NCBI GenBank assembly: GCA_030390025.1
Contig: JASTWF010000595.1
Coordinates: forward strand, 124,001-188,000
From: Squalus acanthias
Taxonomy: Eukaryota
Length of the DNA stretch: 64,000 bases
Direction of reading: 5' to 3'
The notes below the pieces were generated by a model. It made no database searches. It was not told the DNA's origin and worked only from the letters and a program-made list of their open reading frames with translations. The translations under genes were made by a program, and so were the position numbers. Numbering within the stretch: position 1 is the first letter of the stretch; each line of letters starts with the position of its first letter. Shown here piece by piece: positions 51,347 through 63,389 of this stretch.

Positions 51347-54300
51347 TTAGGAGGTGTGGACGAGACGGTGCGGCGGTCTGATGGGCCGGCCGGAGCGGCT
51401 CTTGTAGGACGCCGGTGGACGTGGAACGGCCGGGCGTGGAGCAGCCGGGTGAACCGGCTTGAGGGCAGGTCGGCCACGTGGAGGTGGACGAGCTACAGGG
51501 ACCTGCTCACCGGGCTCCGAGTGTGCTGGCTTGAGTCGGTCAACCGACACTTTTTCGGTCCTGTCGCCCACTTGCAGGGTGAAAAATTTGTCCCCAGCCT
51601 GTAGCACCTTGTAGGGCCCGTTGTACGGGGGTTGAAGGGGTCCGCGGTGGGCGTCGTGCCGGATGAAAACAAACCGTGCCTGGTGCAGGCTTAGTGGGAC
51701 ATGTGAGGTGGATTCGCCGTGTCGGGCAATGGGCACCGGGGCGAACTGCAGTGCCGGTGAGGCGAAGTCGTGGCGTTGCTGGTCGGCTGACCAGGGTGTC
51801 GTGGCGGTGGGCAGGAACTCGCCGGGTACGCGCAGCGGCTGACCGTACACGAGCTCTGCTGCCGATGCGTGGAGGTCTTCTTTAACCGCGGTGCGCAGGC
51901 CGAGGAGGACCCACTGAAGTCGGACGGTCCAGGCGCCATCTTGGAGGCTGGCTCGAAGAGATGCCTTCAAGGATCTGTGGAACCGCTCACACAGTCCGTT
52001 GGCTTGGGGGTGGTATGTTGTGGTGCGGTGAATGGTCACCCCGAGATTGCGTGCAACGGCGGTCCAGAGTTCAGAGGTAAATTGCAGACCTCTGTCCGAC
52101 GGCATGTCGGAGGGAACGCCGAACCGTGCGACCCAGGTGCTGACGAAGGCTCTGGCGATGTCGGCGGTGGTGGTAGAGGTCAGTGGAATTGCCTCAGGCC
52201 AGCGTGTGGTGCGGTCAACGATGGTCAGCAAGTGCGTGTGGCCTTGCGACGGCGGCAGGGGCCCGACAATGTCCACGTGGATGTGGTCGAATCTCCGCGA
52301 GGGGACGGTAAACTCCTCGAGGGGTGCTTTCGTGTGTTGCTGTACCTTGGCCCGTTGGCAGGCTAGGCAGGAGTTGGCCCAAGTACGCACATCCTTGCGA
52401 AGGCCGCGCCAGACGAAACGGTTGGCTACCAATTTGATGGATGCGCGGGCGCCGGGGTGGGAGAGGTTGTGGAGAATGTCGAATACCCGGCGGCGCCAGG
52501 ACGCTGGGAAGACGGCCGAGGTTGACATAGGGATATGTCGCACTTGACCGTGACTGCGGTCGGGCCACAGGCAACGTCGGCCAGGCGTAGCCCTAGTAGG
52601 TTGGTGGGTGCGGAGAGCAGATCAGGGTCGGTGATCTGGTCTGCTGCGAGTTGAGCGTAGTCGACTGCTAGGTGTGCGGCGTGGATGGCGGGGCGGGAGA
52701 GGCAGTCGGCTACCACATTGTCTCGGCCGGAGACGTGTTGGATGTCCGTGGTGAACTCGGACACTGCCGTGAGCTGGCGCTGCTGCCTGGCGGACCAGGG
52801 GTCGGTTGTCTTTGCCATTGCGAATGTCAGGGGCTTGTGGTCGGCAAACGCCGTGAAGGGGTGGCCTTCAAGCAAAAACCGGAAATGGCGGACCGCCAGG
52901 AACAGTGCGAGGAGCTCGCGGTCGAAGGTGCTGTACTTGACCTCCGGGGGGCGTAGTTGGCGGCTGAAGAAGGCAAGTGGTTGCCAGGCGCCGTCGACCC
53001 ACTGCTCATACACGGCGCCGACCGCGTGGTCGGAGGCATCCGTGGTGAGCGCTACCCTGGCATTGGGCCGTGGGTGCGCGAGCAGGGTGGCGTTGACGAG
53101 CGCGGTCTTGGTGGAGTCGAAGGCGGCTGACACGTCTGCCGTCCATTCGACTGCCATCTTGCCGCTCCTGCCCCGGAGGGTTTCATACAGGGGCCTCATG
53201 AGGGACGCCGCTTTGGGGATGAAGCGGTTATAGAAGTTCACCATCCCGAGGAACTCCTGGAGGCCTTTGATGGTGGTGGGGTGGGGAAATTGTTGGACAG
53301 CCTGCACCTTGGTGGGCAGGGGAATGGCCCCAGCATGGGTGATGTGGTGGCCGAGGAAGTCGATCTTGTCCAGGCCGAACTGGCATTTGGCTGGGCTGAG
53401 GATGAGCCCGTGGTCGCTGAGGCGCCCGAACAGGATGCGGAGGTGTTAGAGGTGTATCTGCTTGGAGGAACTGGCTACCAGGATGTCGTCCAGGTAGACG
53501 AACAGGAAGTTCAGGTCCCGAAGGACCGAGTCCATGAGCTGTTGGAATGCCTGTTTTTGAGGCCGAAGGGCATCCGCAGGAACTCGAACAGGCCGAAGGG
53601 GGTGATTACGGCCGTCTTGTGGACGTCCGTGGGGTGGAAGGGGACTTGGTGGTAGCCGCGCACCAGGTCGACCTTGGAAAAGACTGAGCGGCCGGCCAGT
53701 CTAGCCGAGAAGTCCTGAATGTGCGGCACGGGGTACCGATCAGGGGTGATGGCGTCATTGAGGCGGCGGTAATCCCCGCAGGGGCGCCAACCTCCGCCTG
53801 GTTTGGGGGCGATGTGGAGTGGGGAGGCCCAGGGACTGTTGGAGCGGCGGATGATGCTGAGCTGTTCCATGGTGGCAAACTCAGTCCGCGCGATCTCCAG
53901 TTTGGCCGGGTCCAGCCTGCGGGCGTGGGCGTACACTGGGGGGCCTGTGGTGTGGATGAAGTGTTCCACCCCGTGTTTGGCGGCCTCCGCGGAGAAGGTC
54001 GGATTGGTAAGGGCTGGGAATTCAGCCAGGAGTGCCGAGTAGTCATCCGTGGCCCGGGCGTGGCACTGTGATGCCATGTCGGTGGGTTGACAGGGGACCA
54101 TGGCGCCCAGGATGGGGGACATGGTGTTCATGTCCATGAGGCGGTGACGGGGGATGTCTACCAGTAGGCCGTGGGCACACAGGAAATCTGCGCCGATGAG
54201 AGGGGAGAGCACCTTGGCAGTGATGAACTCCCATCGGTAGCGGCGACCAGCGCGGTCGAGGGTGACTGTCCGGGTGCCATACGTCCGGATTTCCGAGCCG

Positions 54301-55151
54301 TTAGCAGCAGCCAGCGTCGGTCCTCGTTCGCCCTTTTGGATGTCGAGGGAGGAGGCCGGGATGATGCTGTGCTGAGCCCCAGTGTCGCACAGGAACCAGC
54401 GGCCGGTTTTGTCATCCGTGACGAACAGCAGGGAGCCCGCGTGGCCCACAGCCATCGCAGGGGCTGGTACGGGGGTGGACTTGAAAGAGCAGGGAGGTGT
54501 GCACCGTTGTGCCCTGGCACCGAACCGTGCGTGGTAGTAACAGTGGCCCGGGTTAGTGGGGCGTGAAGGCCCCGTGGGCCTGGTGACAGGCCTTTGTGGC
54601 CGCGTGCTGGATGGTGAGGGGCGCACCCAGGCATTGGCTGCCAGGTCCGGAGTGACGTCGCGGCTGGAGTGAGCGGACAGCAGCTTGTCAGCCTCATCGG
54701 CCAGGGCTTCCAGGTTCGTGAGGCCGGACGCCACTATCGCTGGGCGGATGCTGAGAGGGAGCTGGCAGATGAACAGCGTGCGGAAGAGGGATCCGGGTGG
54801 GCTCTCGTCGGTGAGGGAGAGCATGTGGGAGAGGAGGTCTGACGGTGAGGCATCACCGAGGCCTGGAAGGTCGAGGAGGCGGCAGTTTCGCTGATATGCC
54901 GAGGCCGTAAATTTTTTAAGGAGCGCTGTCCTGAGTTGTGCGTACTTGCCTTCCTCTGGTGGGTTCTGCAGCGTTGTCCAAACCTTCGAAACTGCGGCGC
55001 TACTGAATGATGTGACGAGATAGTCGTACTTCGTCCCATCTGTGGTGATATTTCGCAGCCGGAAGCGAGATTCAGCTTGGAGAAACCAGGCTTCGGGCTG
55101 GTTTTCCCAAAACTCCAGCAGTTTCACGGAAACTGCGTTCGTGTCCGCCAT
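51347..55151 (-). pseudogene. Gypsy gag-pol polyprotein with three lesions
   Basis: Gag CYYH-x9-C-x3-C; protease CDTGA; RT YLDD (53485-53496); RNase H TDAS/DRELLA; integrase HHCC, DDE and GPY. Frameshifts near 53550 and 52512, TAA at 53446-53448. Confidence 0.93.
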
Positions 55152-55176
55152 TGCAGTGCTCGGAATACGTTCTGAG

Positions 55177-55190
55177 CGTCGGGGTCACCA
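55177..55190 (-). other. Primer-binding site complementary to the tRNA-Trp 3' end
   Basis: TGGTGACCCCGACG, 1 nt after the 5' LTR; vertebrate tRNA-Trp ends ...CGTCGGGGTCACCA. Confidence 0.9.
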
Positions 55191-55191
55191 A

Positions 55192-55431
55192 TGTTGAGGC
55201 TGCTGCGAAACACGAATGGAGGCTGAATCCATATGTGGAAAACAAGAAACTTTAATTCACTGCATGGCACACAAAATGGCTGAGAAAGCTGCTCCCAGAA
55301 TTCTCTGGAAAAACCCTGAAGCCCCGCCCACTCCTGTCTTAAAGGTAAGGTACCTTAAAGGGAAGGTTCACCGATATATTGTCCACAGACGGAAAAGTGG
55401 GTTATGCTCGTTTAGGTGGCGATCCGCCACA
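55192..55431 (-). repeat. 5' LTR (240 bp)
   Basis: Minus strand TGTGGCGG...CTCAACA; duplicate of the 3' LTR. Confidence 0.95.
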
Positions 55432-56869
55432 ACAGATGGATTCAAAATGTAGGGAATCAGCATGTGTTCTTTGTTTGTGAAGACACAAAATGGCAGAAGT
55501 CAGCAGGGGCTCCTTTGCCTGGTGGTCAGCATATGGTCCTTTGTTTGAAAGGCCACATGGACAGGAAGGAGACGAGGAAGTCCCGCCCCCACACACCTCA
55601 CAGAAACATGAACGTGTCATGCGGAAGGAACTCCAATCAGGGAAGGTTTGGAGTGAAACTGACCTCTCAGAGGGAGGCAGACAGCGATATATGAGGGGGG
55701 CCAGCAAAAGGGCACTATAAAGAGTGACCCATAGGCGGGAAATTCAGAACACAGAAGGGACAAAGAAGACCGAACGGAAGAACAGGCAAACAGAGGAGGC
55801 TGACCAGTCTACGTTTCGACTGACAACTTTTCTGGACCGATCACCCAGAGATAAAGGAGTATGTATGAAAGTCGGACATGGAGCTTAGATATTGTTAAAA
55901 GGGATACTTTTATGTACGGTTGACTTGGAATATAAATTCGCCCAGAGGTAGCATGTAAATTGCTGGGAAATACTTTTATGTATGGGTAAATTGGGCGGAT
56001 ATTGAGTGCGATTGTACACTTGAATTTTGAACTGTAGTGTGAATAAAGACCAATTTTATTGATCGCATACTTGTCTGTCATTGTTACGCTTATTCGTAAT
56101 TCTCGAGGCTGAACAGTAGTAAGAGAAAGGTTTACAGTTGGTGTCATGGGATCTTTTAGGTTCCTCTGAACAGGCAGTCGGGGCCTTGGTTTAGCATCTC
56201 ATCCAAAAGACCTGGACCTCTGACAGTGCAGCACTCCCTCAGTGCCGCACTGGAATGTCAGCCTAGATATATGTGCTCGAGGCTCTAGAACCCACAACCT
56301 TTGGACTCAGAAGTGAGAGTGCTGCCATTGAGCCACAGTTGACAGTTCTTAAACTAACACTGAAAACCAATGTATTGGACATGATGCACAAACTTCTACC
56401 AAAAACAATGCAGCACTTCACTGGGTTCCTTAACAATAACATGTTTTCAAGGAACCCAGTGAAGTGCAGCATTGTTTTTGGGCAGAAAAGAACAAGATTA
56501 TAGTTATCAGTGGTATTGCTAATGAATACATTGGATACAGAGCAAATATTTTGTCTGCAAATGTAACAAGAGAGCCTTTCAAGTTATTGCCTACAGAAGA
56601 TTTCAAGAACATGTGGGTATTTGTTATTAGTACATTAATTAGAAATAATTACAGACAAACAAGAACAAATATAGGAATCACTTGAAGAGATACTTTATGA
56701 AGCTAAATATCCAACTGTTTGGTGTTAACAATCTAATATATCTAAATGTGTTACTTCCTCTGTTATTACTGAAATACATACTAGGTCTATATTTATCAAG
56801 TAGTTCCTTAGAAATTGATTCATTTGATTTTCTTCAGTAATGGATCTTTTAAATAACTATAATATCTGT

Positions 56870-57295
56870 AAGGATACAGAAGAGAACAACCAGAATGATT
56901 GAAGGGATGGAGGGACTGGAATATGAGGAGCAATTATGTAAATTGGGCAGGTTCTCACTGCAAATAAAAAGATGAGAACTGATATAATTGCTGTTTTTAG
57001 GATTCTAAAGGGACTAGATAATGTAGACCATGAGAAGCTATTTCACCTTGTCCAGAACAGTAGAACCAGAGGACACGGCCTGTACTTGAAGGAAGTGGAA
57101 ATCTGGAATGCTCTCCCCAAAAGGCTGAGGTTGCTGGGTCAATTGAAATTTTCAAGACTGAGATAGCTAGAGTTGTGTTGGGTAAGGGTATCAAGGGATA
57201 TGGAGCAAAGACAGGTAAATGGAGTTGAGGTGCAGATCAGCCTTGATCTAATTGGATAGGCTTGAGCTGCTGAATGACCTACTCCTGTTCCTAAG
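56870..57295 (+). mobile_element. Old CR1 3' fragment
   Basis: FRILKGLD...SRTRGH...IWNALP and CR1 3' UTR. Confidence 0.8.
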
Positions 57296-57485
57296 TTCTG
57301 AAGTATGGAGTATAACTCAGGAGTGGAGTCAGCCAGCTCAGGTTCATGCAAAATGGGAGGAGACCACCTCCAAAAAAAGCTGTCATGCACCACTTTGGCT
57401 TTGCACCAGCTGGAGTATAACTACAGTCAATGTGAAGTGAACCTTAAATGGTTCCCAGGTGGAGCCATCTAGGAATTTTAAATAA

Positions 57486-57700
57486 CAACAGAAAACGCTG
57501 GAAAAACTCAGCAGGTCAGGCAGCATCCGTGGAGAGAGAAACAGAGTTAACGTTTCAGGTCGAAGACCTTTCGTCAGAACTGGAAAAAAGCAGGAAATGA
57601 AATAGATTTAAAGCAAGTATAAAGCTGGGAAAAGGGGGAGGGGATGAAAGAACAAAAGGAGAGATTAAGAGACATTGAGAGACATTAAGAGATAATCAAG
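57486..57700 (-). mobile_element. Penelope-like end (pLTR)
   Basis: Same family as 1919-2275; contains the best-preserved hammerhead motif. Confidence 0.65.
57545..57581 (-). ncRNA. Putative minimal type I hammerhead ribozyme
   Basis: AGUU-CUGACGA-A-AGGUC-UUC-GACCU-GAA-ACGU-U^AACU: core boxes, 5-bp stem II, 4-bp stem I, palindromic ACGU in place of stem III. Confidence 0.65.
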
Positions 57701-60700
57701 GCAAGAGGAGGTGTTGATGTAACAGGTTGAGGCTAAATGAAGTGTGAAATGCACTGGAATTTTAAACATTGTTTTAAAAAAAAAAAAATTTTGGGGGGGT
57801 GGGGAGGGAAATTAAGTGTCCATCAACTTTTTACTGGCATTAAAAATTTGAGCATGTGCACATTCATGTAAGCATATAGGTGGGCTCTCTGCTTTGCCTG
57901 CCTAGGATGTAGTGTGGAGCCAGCAGCAATATTAAACCAGTAATATGGAGCGGCAGAAGACAATCATCCAAATATACTGCAACATGAACAACGGAACATC
58001 CCTGTTCAATACGTATATAAATGGCAGACAGCAGCCACCTGGATATTTCTTCCGAGAAACAAAATAACTAAGGTCATTGGTTCGGTGCCTTCACAGAAAA
58101 ATGGATAGCATTGCTTAATCCGATTCCCAAAACATCAGTACAAATCCGGGAATCCGAAACAGAATTTGCCTTACTCAGGCACTGTAAATCAATGGCATTG
58201 GTTGTAACCATAGAATCTGATCGTCTTCACCAATAAAACTCCAGGAATCCCATGTGATAAAAGTGACATTTGATTTATTCTGTTCCCTTAAAACAGCGGC
58301 CCTGAAAATAATGCATCCATCGTCTTAAACCCGTAGAGCTTTGGTAAATGGCCTCTTTTAAAGCATTAGAATATTGATATGTGCTTTTTCATATCAATCA
58401 GTAACAAAGTAAGCTGTACAGAACTATATACATAAAACAATAAAGGTTGGATTATAGCCAAACATCAATAGATTTAATTGAGCTTCCTATAATTAACCTA
58501 TTTAAGTGATTATAATTGTTACATTGCTATAGCAACCATCAAATACATTTCCTCTGTTTTCTATCTCCTGAGTAGCAACGAACCTGCATTCTTAGTGAAG
58601 ATTAGATGGATTGCTGAGGGTTGAATTCAGAAAAACAACTCCTTATACTGACCCGGAAATTGAATATGAATATAAATGGCAGACAGCAGCTATTGGGATA
58701 CTTACAGATTTCTTCCAAGAAACAAAATAACCAAGACCATTGGTTTGGTGTTTTCACAGAAAAATGGATAGCATTCCACATACATTTTGAAATATACATT
58801 ACAGACATAAAAAACCAGGTACACACACACACACACATAAATAAAAGTGAAACAAAGCCAGTCACTTCTTGCTTGATTTTTCATGATCTTCCTAAACTGG
58901 CTTCTCCAAAGGGAAGCAGCCAATCTACAGAATTGGCCTCAGAACAGGCCTACTTTCAGCACTTCTCCACAGGGAGTACCAGAGCAGTGACCTTAACAGG
59001 TGAGGCTAAATATAGTAGGGCTCTACTTTCGCAGCTAAACAGCTCAGCCATGCTTCAGACCCCAACCTACAGGTAAGAAGCAGCTCAAGAGATCAGCAAG
59101 TAATTACATAAAATTCAGTACATCATGGTATTATTGAGCTTCTGAAGTGAAACAAAGGCATGCGGCCCATTATTATCCAATGTGTACATCAGGCACAACA
59201 CAGAGCCTGCAAGGATGATGACAGTTACCCTAACGCGTATGGTCACAGTTCCGCAATATTTGGTTGATCACAGCAGTGCAAGCCTGAATAGCAATTACTC
59301 TCTCTTTATCCACTGGATGAAATCCAGACACATACAACACAAGGCTAAATTAATAATGAAAATTAATTCCTGTGGTAGTTCTATTTCTTTTGAAAGATAA
59401 AATCTCCGGCATTTTATATTTGTTATTAATATTGGCCAGTTGGATATTTGCACAGATGATAAAATGATTTGATACGTATTCATTTGTCAGAAGCCTCGAG
59501 TTAAGGCTTTAACTTGAAGATAGGGAAGCACAATGTGAATCCTAAGAGAAAGATTTGTAGAAGATGAGGAATAGCTAGGCAAGAGGAAAGCTGCTTTCAA
59601 GTAGTGCCCGCCTCAGTGGGTAAATGAGCCATCCAGTGAGGAACTAGCCATACGGAGCAGAAAAGATCCAGGTTATTTTCTCCCCGTTTCAAGGCAGTAA
59701 CATCTACTTGGGTATGACATCGAAAGGCCATCTTTCACGTGCCAGTTTAGTGAGTGTTGACAGGCTCCTTGACTAAGGAAAGCAGTAAGGCCAAGTCCAA
59801 TCCTGAGCAACATCCATAAGCACACTTTTCAGCAGAGACTATCGTATAGAGATCAGGATCAGGAACTCAGGCTGTTTTTTTTCTTCCTAGCCCAGAAGCA
59901 ACTCTTTCCATCCTATCCGAGAACAGCTAACTCGGCATAGACAGGACACAGAAACTGGCATCATCTCATCTATGTGGCTCATCTCGACACTCCCTCAACT
60001 GACTCAGCCATCGGGAACTCTTCTGTAAGCAGTTTCTGCACCAGGTCTAAAAATAGGTAAATTACCTTCAAACACATCAATACTTCAATTGCACACCTTA
60101 TCACAATTACCAATACTATTGCAATAGAATATTTATGTTAAATGGAATACCAAGATTATAATGTAACCCTGGAAAAGTCAATGCAAGTTTGATTCCACAA
60201 ATTAGCATGTGGTTACTGAATAATCAAAACATAGAGAATCGTGTCTCAAAACCCAACAGAGACAATTTTTACAAGTTCAAAAGACAGGGATTGAGCCAAG
60301 CAGCTAGATGAAATTAATGTTTGTGTCCTATTTACTGGTCCTTTATAAAAGCACTGTTTGTACCCTGATCACCACATAGTAGAGGTTTTGTAAAGTATGC
60401 CACAAGCCCTAAAAGGCAAATTGGAATATTCAGCTTGCCTGAAAAAACTTAAATTAATGCCATTAGAGATTTTACATTGTAAAGAATGGATATTCCTGAA
60501 AATCTCATGAGGAAAAGCATTTGAGACACAGTGAAGTATAATGTTCTGACAAGCTGTCAGAAACCAAGTCATCTCGGGAGATACCCAGTGACTCGCACAT
60601 CCCGACTGCATAAGGATTCCCACATTTTCCAACATATAGTTATTAACAGACTTCTAAAATCTGCATTTCTATTGCAGTGGGGCCTAGTATTTGAATCATC

Positions 60701-60934
60701 CCAAACAGACTTCTAAAATCTGCATTTCTAGTATTTAAATCATCCCAAACTAACAGTAAACTATAAGCTGCTTCTACTGAGCTCAGTAACGAAATCAACA
60801 TGTAAATACGAGCCGCTTCACATCCTATTGGGCAGAATCATCTCCGTTATCACACGAGAAGGATTTTATTCTGGCTAAGCTGCTCAGCTCCTCTCCATAC
60901 TGAAAGGGCTGTGGTCTGATTGTCAATGAGAATA

Positions 60935-60965
<31 letters not shown>

Positions 60966-60977
60966 GAGAGAGAGAGA
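60935..60977. repeat. (GA)n microsatellite
   Basis: Directly visible, one interruption. Confidence 0.95.
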
Positions 60978-61384
60978 TACTGTGAACAAGGTAGTCTTAA
61001 AAATTAACTGTTCGACTCATCCTCACATTAGAACCTCTTGTGTTGAAGAGATAAGATAGAATACAGTTGCTTTATGAAATGAAGTCCATTGCTTATATCA
61101 AAAAAGTGCACAGTATATTTAATTATTTATCCTGCCACTCTAGATTTTCTCCCTTCCTTTCGCAATGTCTCAGAATCCTACTGAGGTTTGGTTCCACTGG
61201 TGCCCGCCAGCCATGGCACCTCACCCAAGTAGCCATTCTTCATGTTCGAGCCCAGAGAGTCAGCATTGCCAGGCTTTCCAAGCAATTATGTCCTCACTTG
61301 GTGCCCACAGTAAGCACATTTCAACAGGAGTCACTGAATAATGATCCCAATAGAAAGCCTGCCAGACGTTTCCCTTCCCTATAG

Positions 61385-61810
61385 TGTCAGCTTGGCTAAC
61401 CTTTGAGCCAGAAGATTGTGGGTTCAAGCCCCACTCCAGGACTTGAGCACATAATCTTGTCTGACACTTACGTGCAGTACTGAGGGAGTACTACATTGGC
61501 AGAGGTGCCGTCTTTTGGATGAGACGTTAAACCAAAACCCTGCCTGCCTATTCGGAGGGATGTTAAAGACCCATGGCACTATTCGGAGAGGAACAAGGAG
61601 CTCTCCTCGTGCCACAACCAACATTTACCCGTCAATCATCCATACCTAACCAGATTATCTGGTCATTTATCTCATTGCTGTTTGTGGGACCTTGATGTGC
61701 TGCAACATCTGCCTACATAACAACAATGACTGCACTTCGAGAAGTAATTCACTGGCTGGAAAGTGCTGTGGGATGTCTTGAGCATGTAAAAGGTGCTATA
61801 TAAATGCATT
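61385..61810 (+). mobile_element. tRNA/Deu-type SINE
   Basis: B box GGTTCAAGCCC, core GTCTTTTGGATGAGACGTTAAACC, tail GCTATATAAATGCA. Confidence 0.85.
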
Positions 61811-62961
61811 TTTTTCCTTTCTATAATTGAGGCCAATGCAATACCCCTATTATCAACTCAGGGTGAAATCCACCAATCACAGAATGGGAATTGAGTCTTG
61901 GACCTTCTTGTTGTGTATGGCTCAGCACCACTCTGAGAAGTGTATGTAGCAGAACAAAAAAAGAGTCATAGCTGGCAAAAGTACTGGAGCTGTATTTGGA
62001 AAAATCTGTTCGAAATGGTTTTCATTTAATGCCAACTCCATTTAATCACACTTCATGCATACACTGAACTGCCTTTCATGTTAAAACATTTCAGAATGCT
62101 CGACACAAGTAACTATTTTTGTAGTGTACTGACTGTTATATCGACAAAGAGAACACCTGTCTAATCTTAGCATTTTTATTGTGCGAACAAACACCAATGA
62201 ATCGAGCCTTTTTGATTTGCATTTAGATTTTAAAATGTCCAGTTACTAAATCTGATTAGTCGAATTATCCTTCTCTCTTATTATGGCTGATTCAGTGGCC
62301 CATTCCTGTTTGTTCCTCATTCTGTGGTACAGTTTGCTGATGTATTGTTGTATATTATTCATAACCAATATGAAAATATCAGGCTCTATTTTATTGGTTT
62401 TATGCTACCCAATTTCAACATGACTTCACTGGAGAGGGTATGGGAATATCAATCAACTGTTTTCCTATTTCCTGAAAATAATCTAACAAATAATAGAACA
62501 CAAAACTGTAACTGTAAGGTTGCACCCATCTGCAAAACACATTCTTAGTAGGATTAATGTTATTATCCGACTATCGCAGTAAGGGTACATCAGCATCTAA
62601 CTAGCACAAGCTAAAAGAGCAAAACCTCTCTATCTAACCCCATTAGGATAAGGTTACACCAGTCCATGGTGCCCGATTGGTCACAGTTTATGGTGTATAA
62701 ATCGATGCAATTTGCGGCACTAAGCTCATAAATCACTGCAACAGCAACTCCCAATATATTGAAAGAAAAAAAATGTTTTTGTAGATTCCTTCCTAAAAAC
62801 TGCTTGCAGTTGAACCTCTTAATTATGTTCGGTTATTCCCGACCTCTTCATACACCAGCCTTTCTCCTTGGTCCAAGTGGAAAGCACCATTGTAGTCACC
62901 GGAGAAGCTCGCATCTCAATAAGGTGAGCCACTGATAAGAACACGAGAAACCATGGGATGA

Positions 62962-63212
62962 GTTTTTTTTAATTTTGTTCTTGGGATGTGAGCACCGCTG
63001 GCAAGGCTGGCATTTATTGCACATCTCTAGTGGTCCTGAGAAGGTGGGGGGTGGGTCCTCTTCTTGAACCGTTGCAGTCTGTGTGGTGAAGCTGCTCCCA
63101 CAATGCTGTAAGTTAGTGAGTTCCAGGATTTGGACCCAGCAACAATGAAGGAACAGCGATATATGTCCAAGTCGGGGTGGTGTGTGACTTGGAGGTGCTG
63201 GTACTCCCATTC
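62962..63212 (-). mobile_element. 3' end of LINE (family of 2950-3480)
   Basis: SFIVAGSKSWNSL remnant, AATAAA, A-tail. Confidence 0.8.
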
Positions 63213-63214
63213 AC

Positions 63215-63335
63215 CATCGACCTGAAACGGTAACTCTGTTTCTCTCTCCACAGATGCTGCCTGACCTGCCGAGCGTTTCCAGCATTTCTGGTTTTTTTTC
63301 AGATTTCCAGCATTTGCAGTATTTTGCTTTTGTAT
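63215..63335 (+). mobile_element. Penelope-like end fragment (hammerhead 5' half missing)
   Basis: GACCTGAAACGGTAACTCTGTTTCTCTCTCCACAGATGCTGCC matches the reverse complement of ~57519-57561. Confidence 0.6.
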
Positions 63336-63389
63336 CAGTCTATACTGACTTCTGTTGTAACGGACCTGAAGGATTAGGCTGTAGAAAAG

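Larger units (their letters stand above)
50191..55431 (-). mobile_element. Full-length Ty3/Gypsy LTR retrotransposon, CsRN1-like
   Basis: Two 240-bp TG...CA LTRs, TSD ACAG (50187-50190, 55432-55435), tRNA-Trp PBS, PPT, gag-PR-RT-RH-IN order. Confidence 0.96.
50110..56136 (+). mobile_element. Solo LTR (~780 bp; pieces 50110-50190 and 55436-56136)
   Basis: TGTAAG...TTTACA termini; 4-bp TSD GTTG (50106-50109, 56137-56140); TATAAA at 55716, AATAAA at 56042. Confidence 0.82.
49704..56344 (-). mobile_element. tRNA/Deu-type SINE split by nested insertions (49704-49952 and 56149-56344)
   Basis: Halves rejoin as AATAGTGCCATG|GGATCTTTT, as in the intact copy near 3884-3903. Confidence 0.9.

Noticed and set aside
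51311-54894. Plus-strand ORFs over the Gypsy element, or bacterial contamination suggested by high GC
   Set aside because: They are antisense shadows of GC-rich gag-pol; the element is integrated with LTRs and a TSD.
60645-60750. Short local duplication (AACAGACTTCTAAAATCTGCATTTCTA twice)
   Set aside because: Simple ~60-bp tandem duplication with a deletion; no sign of function.
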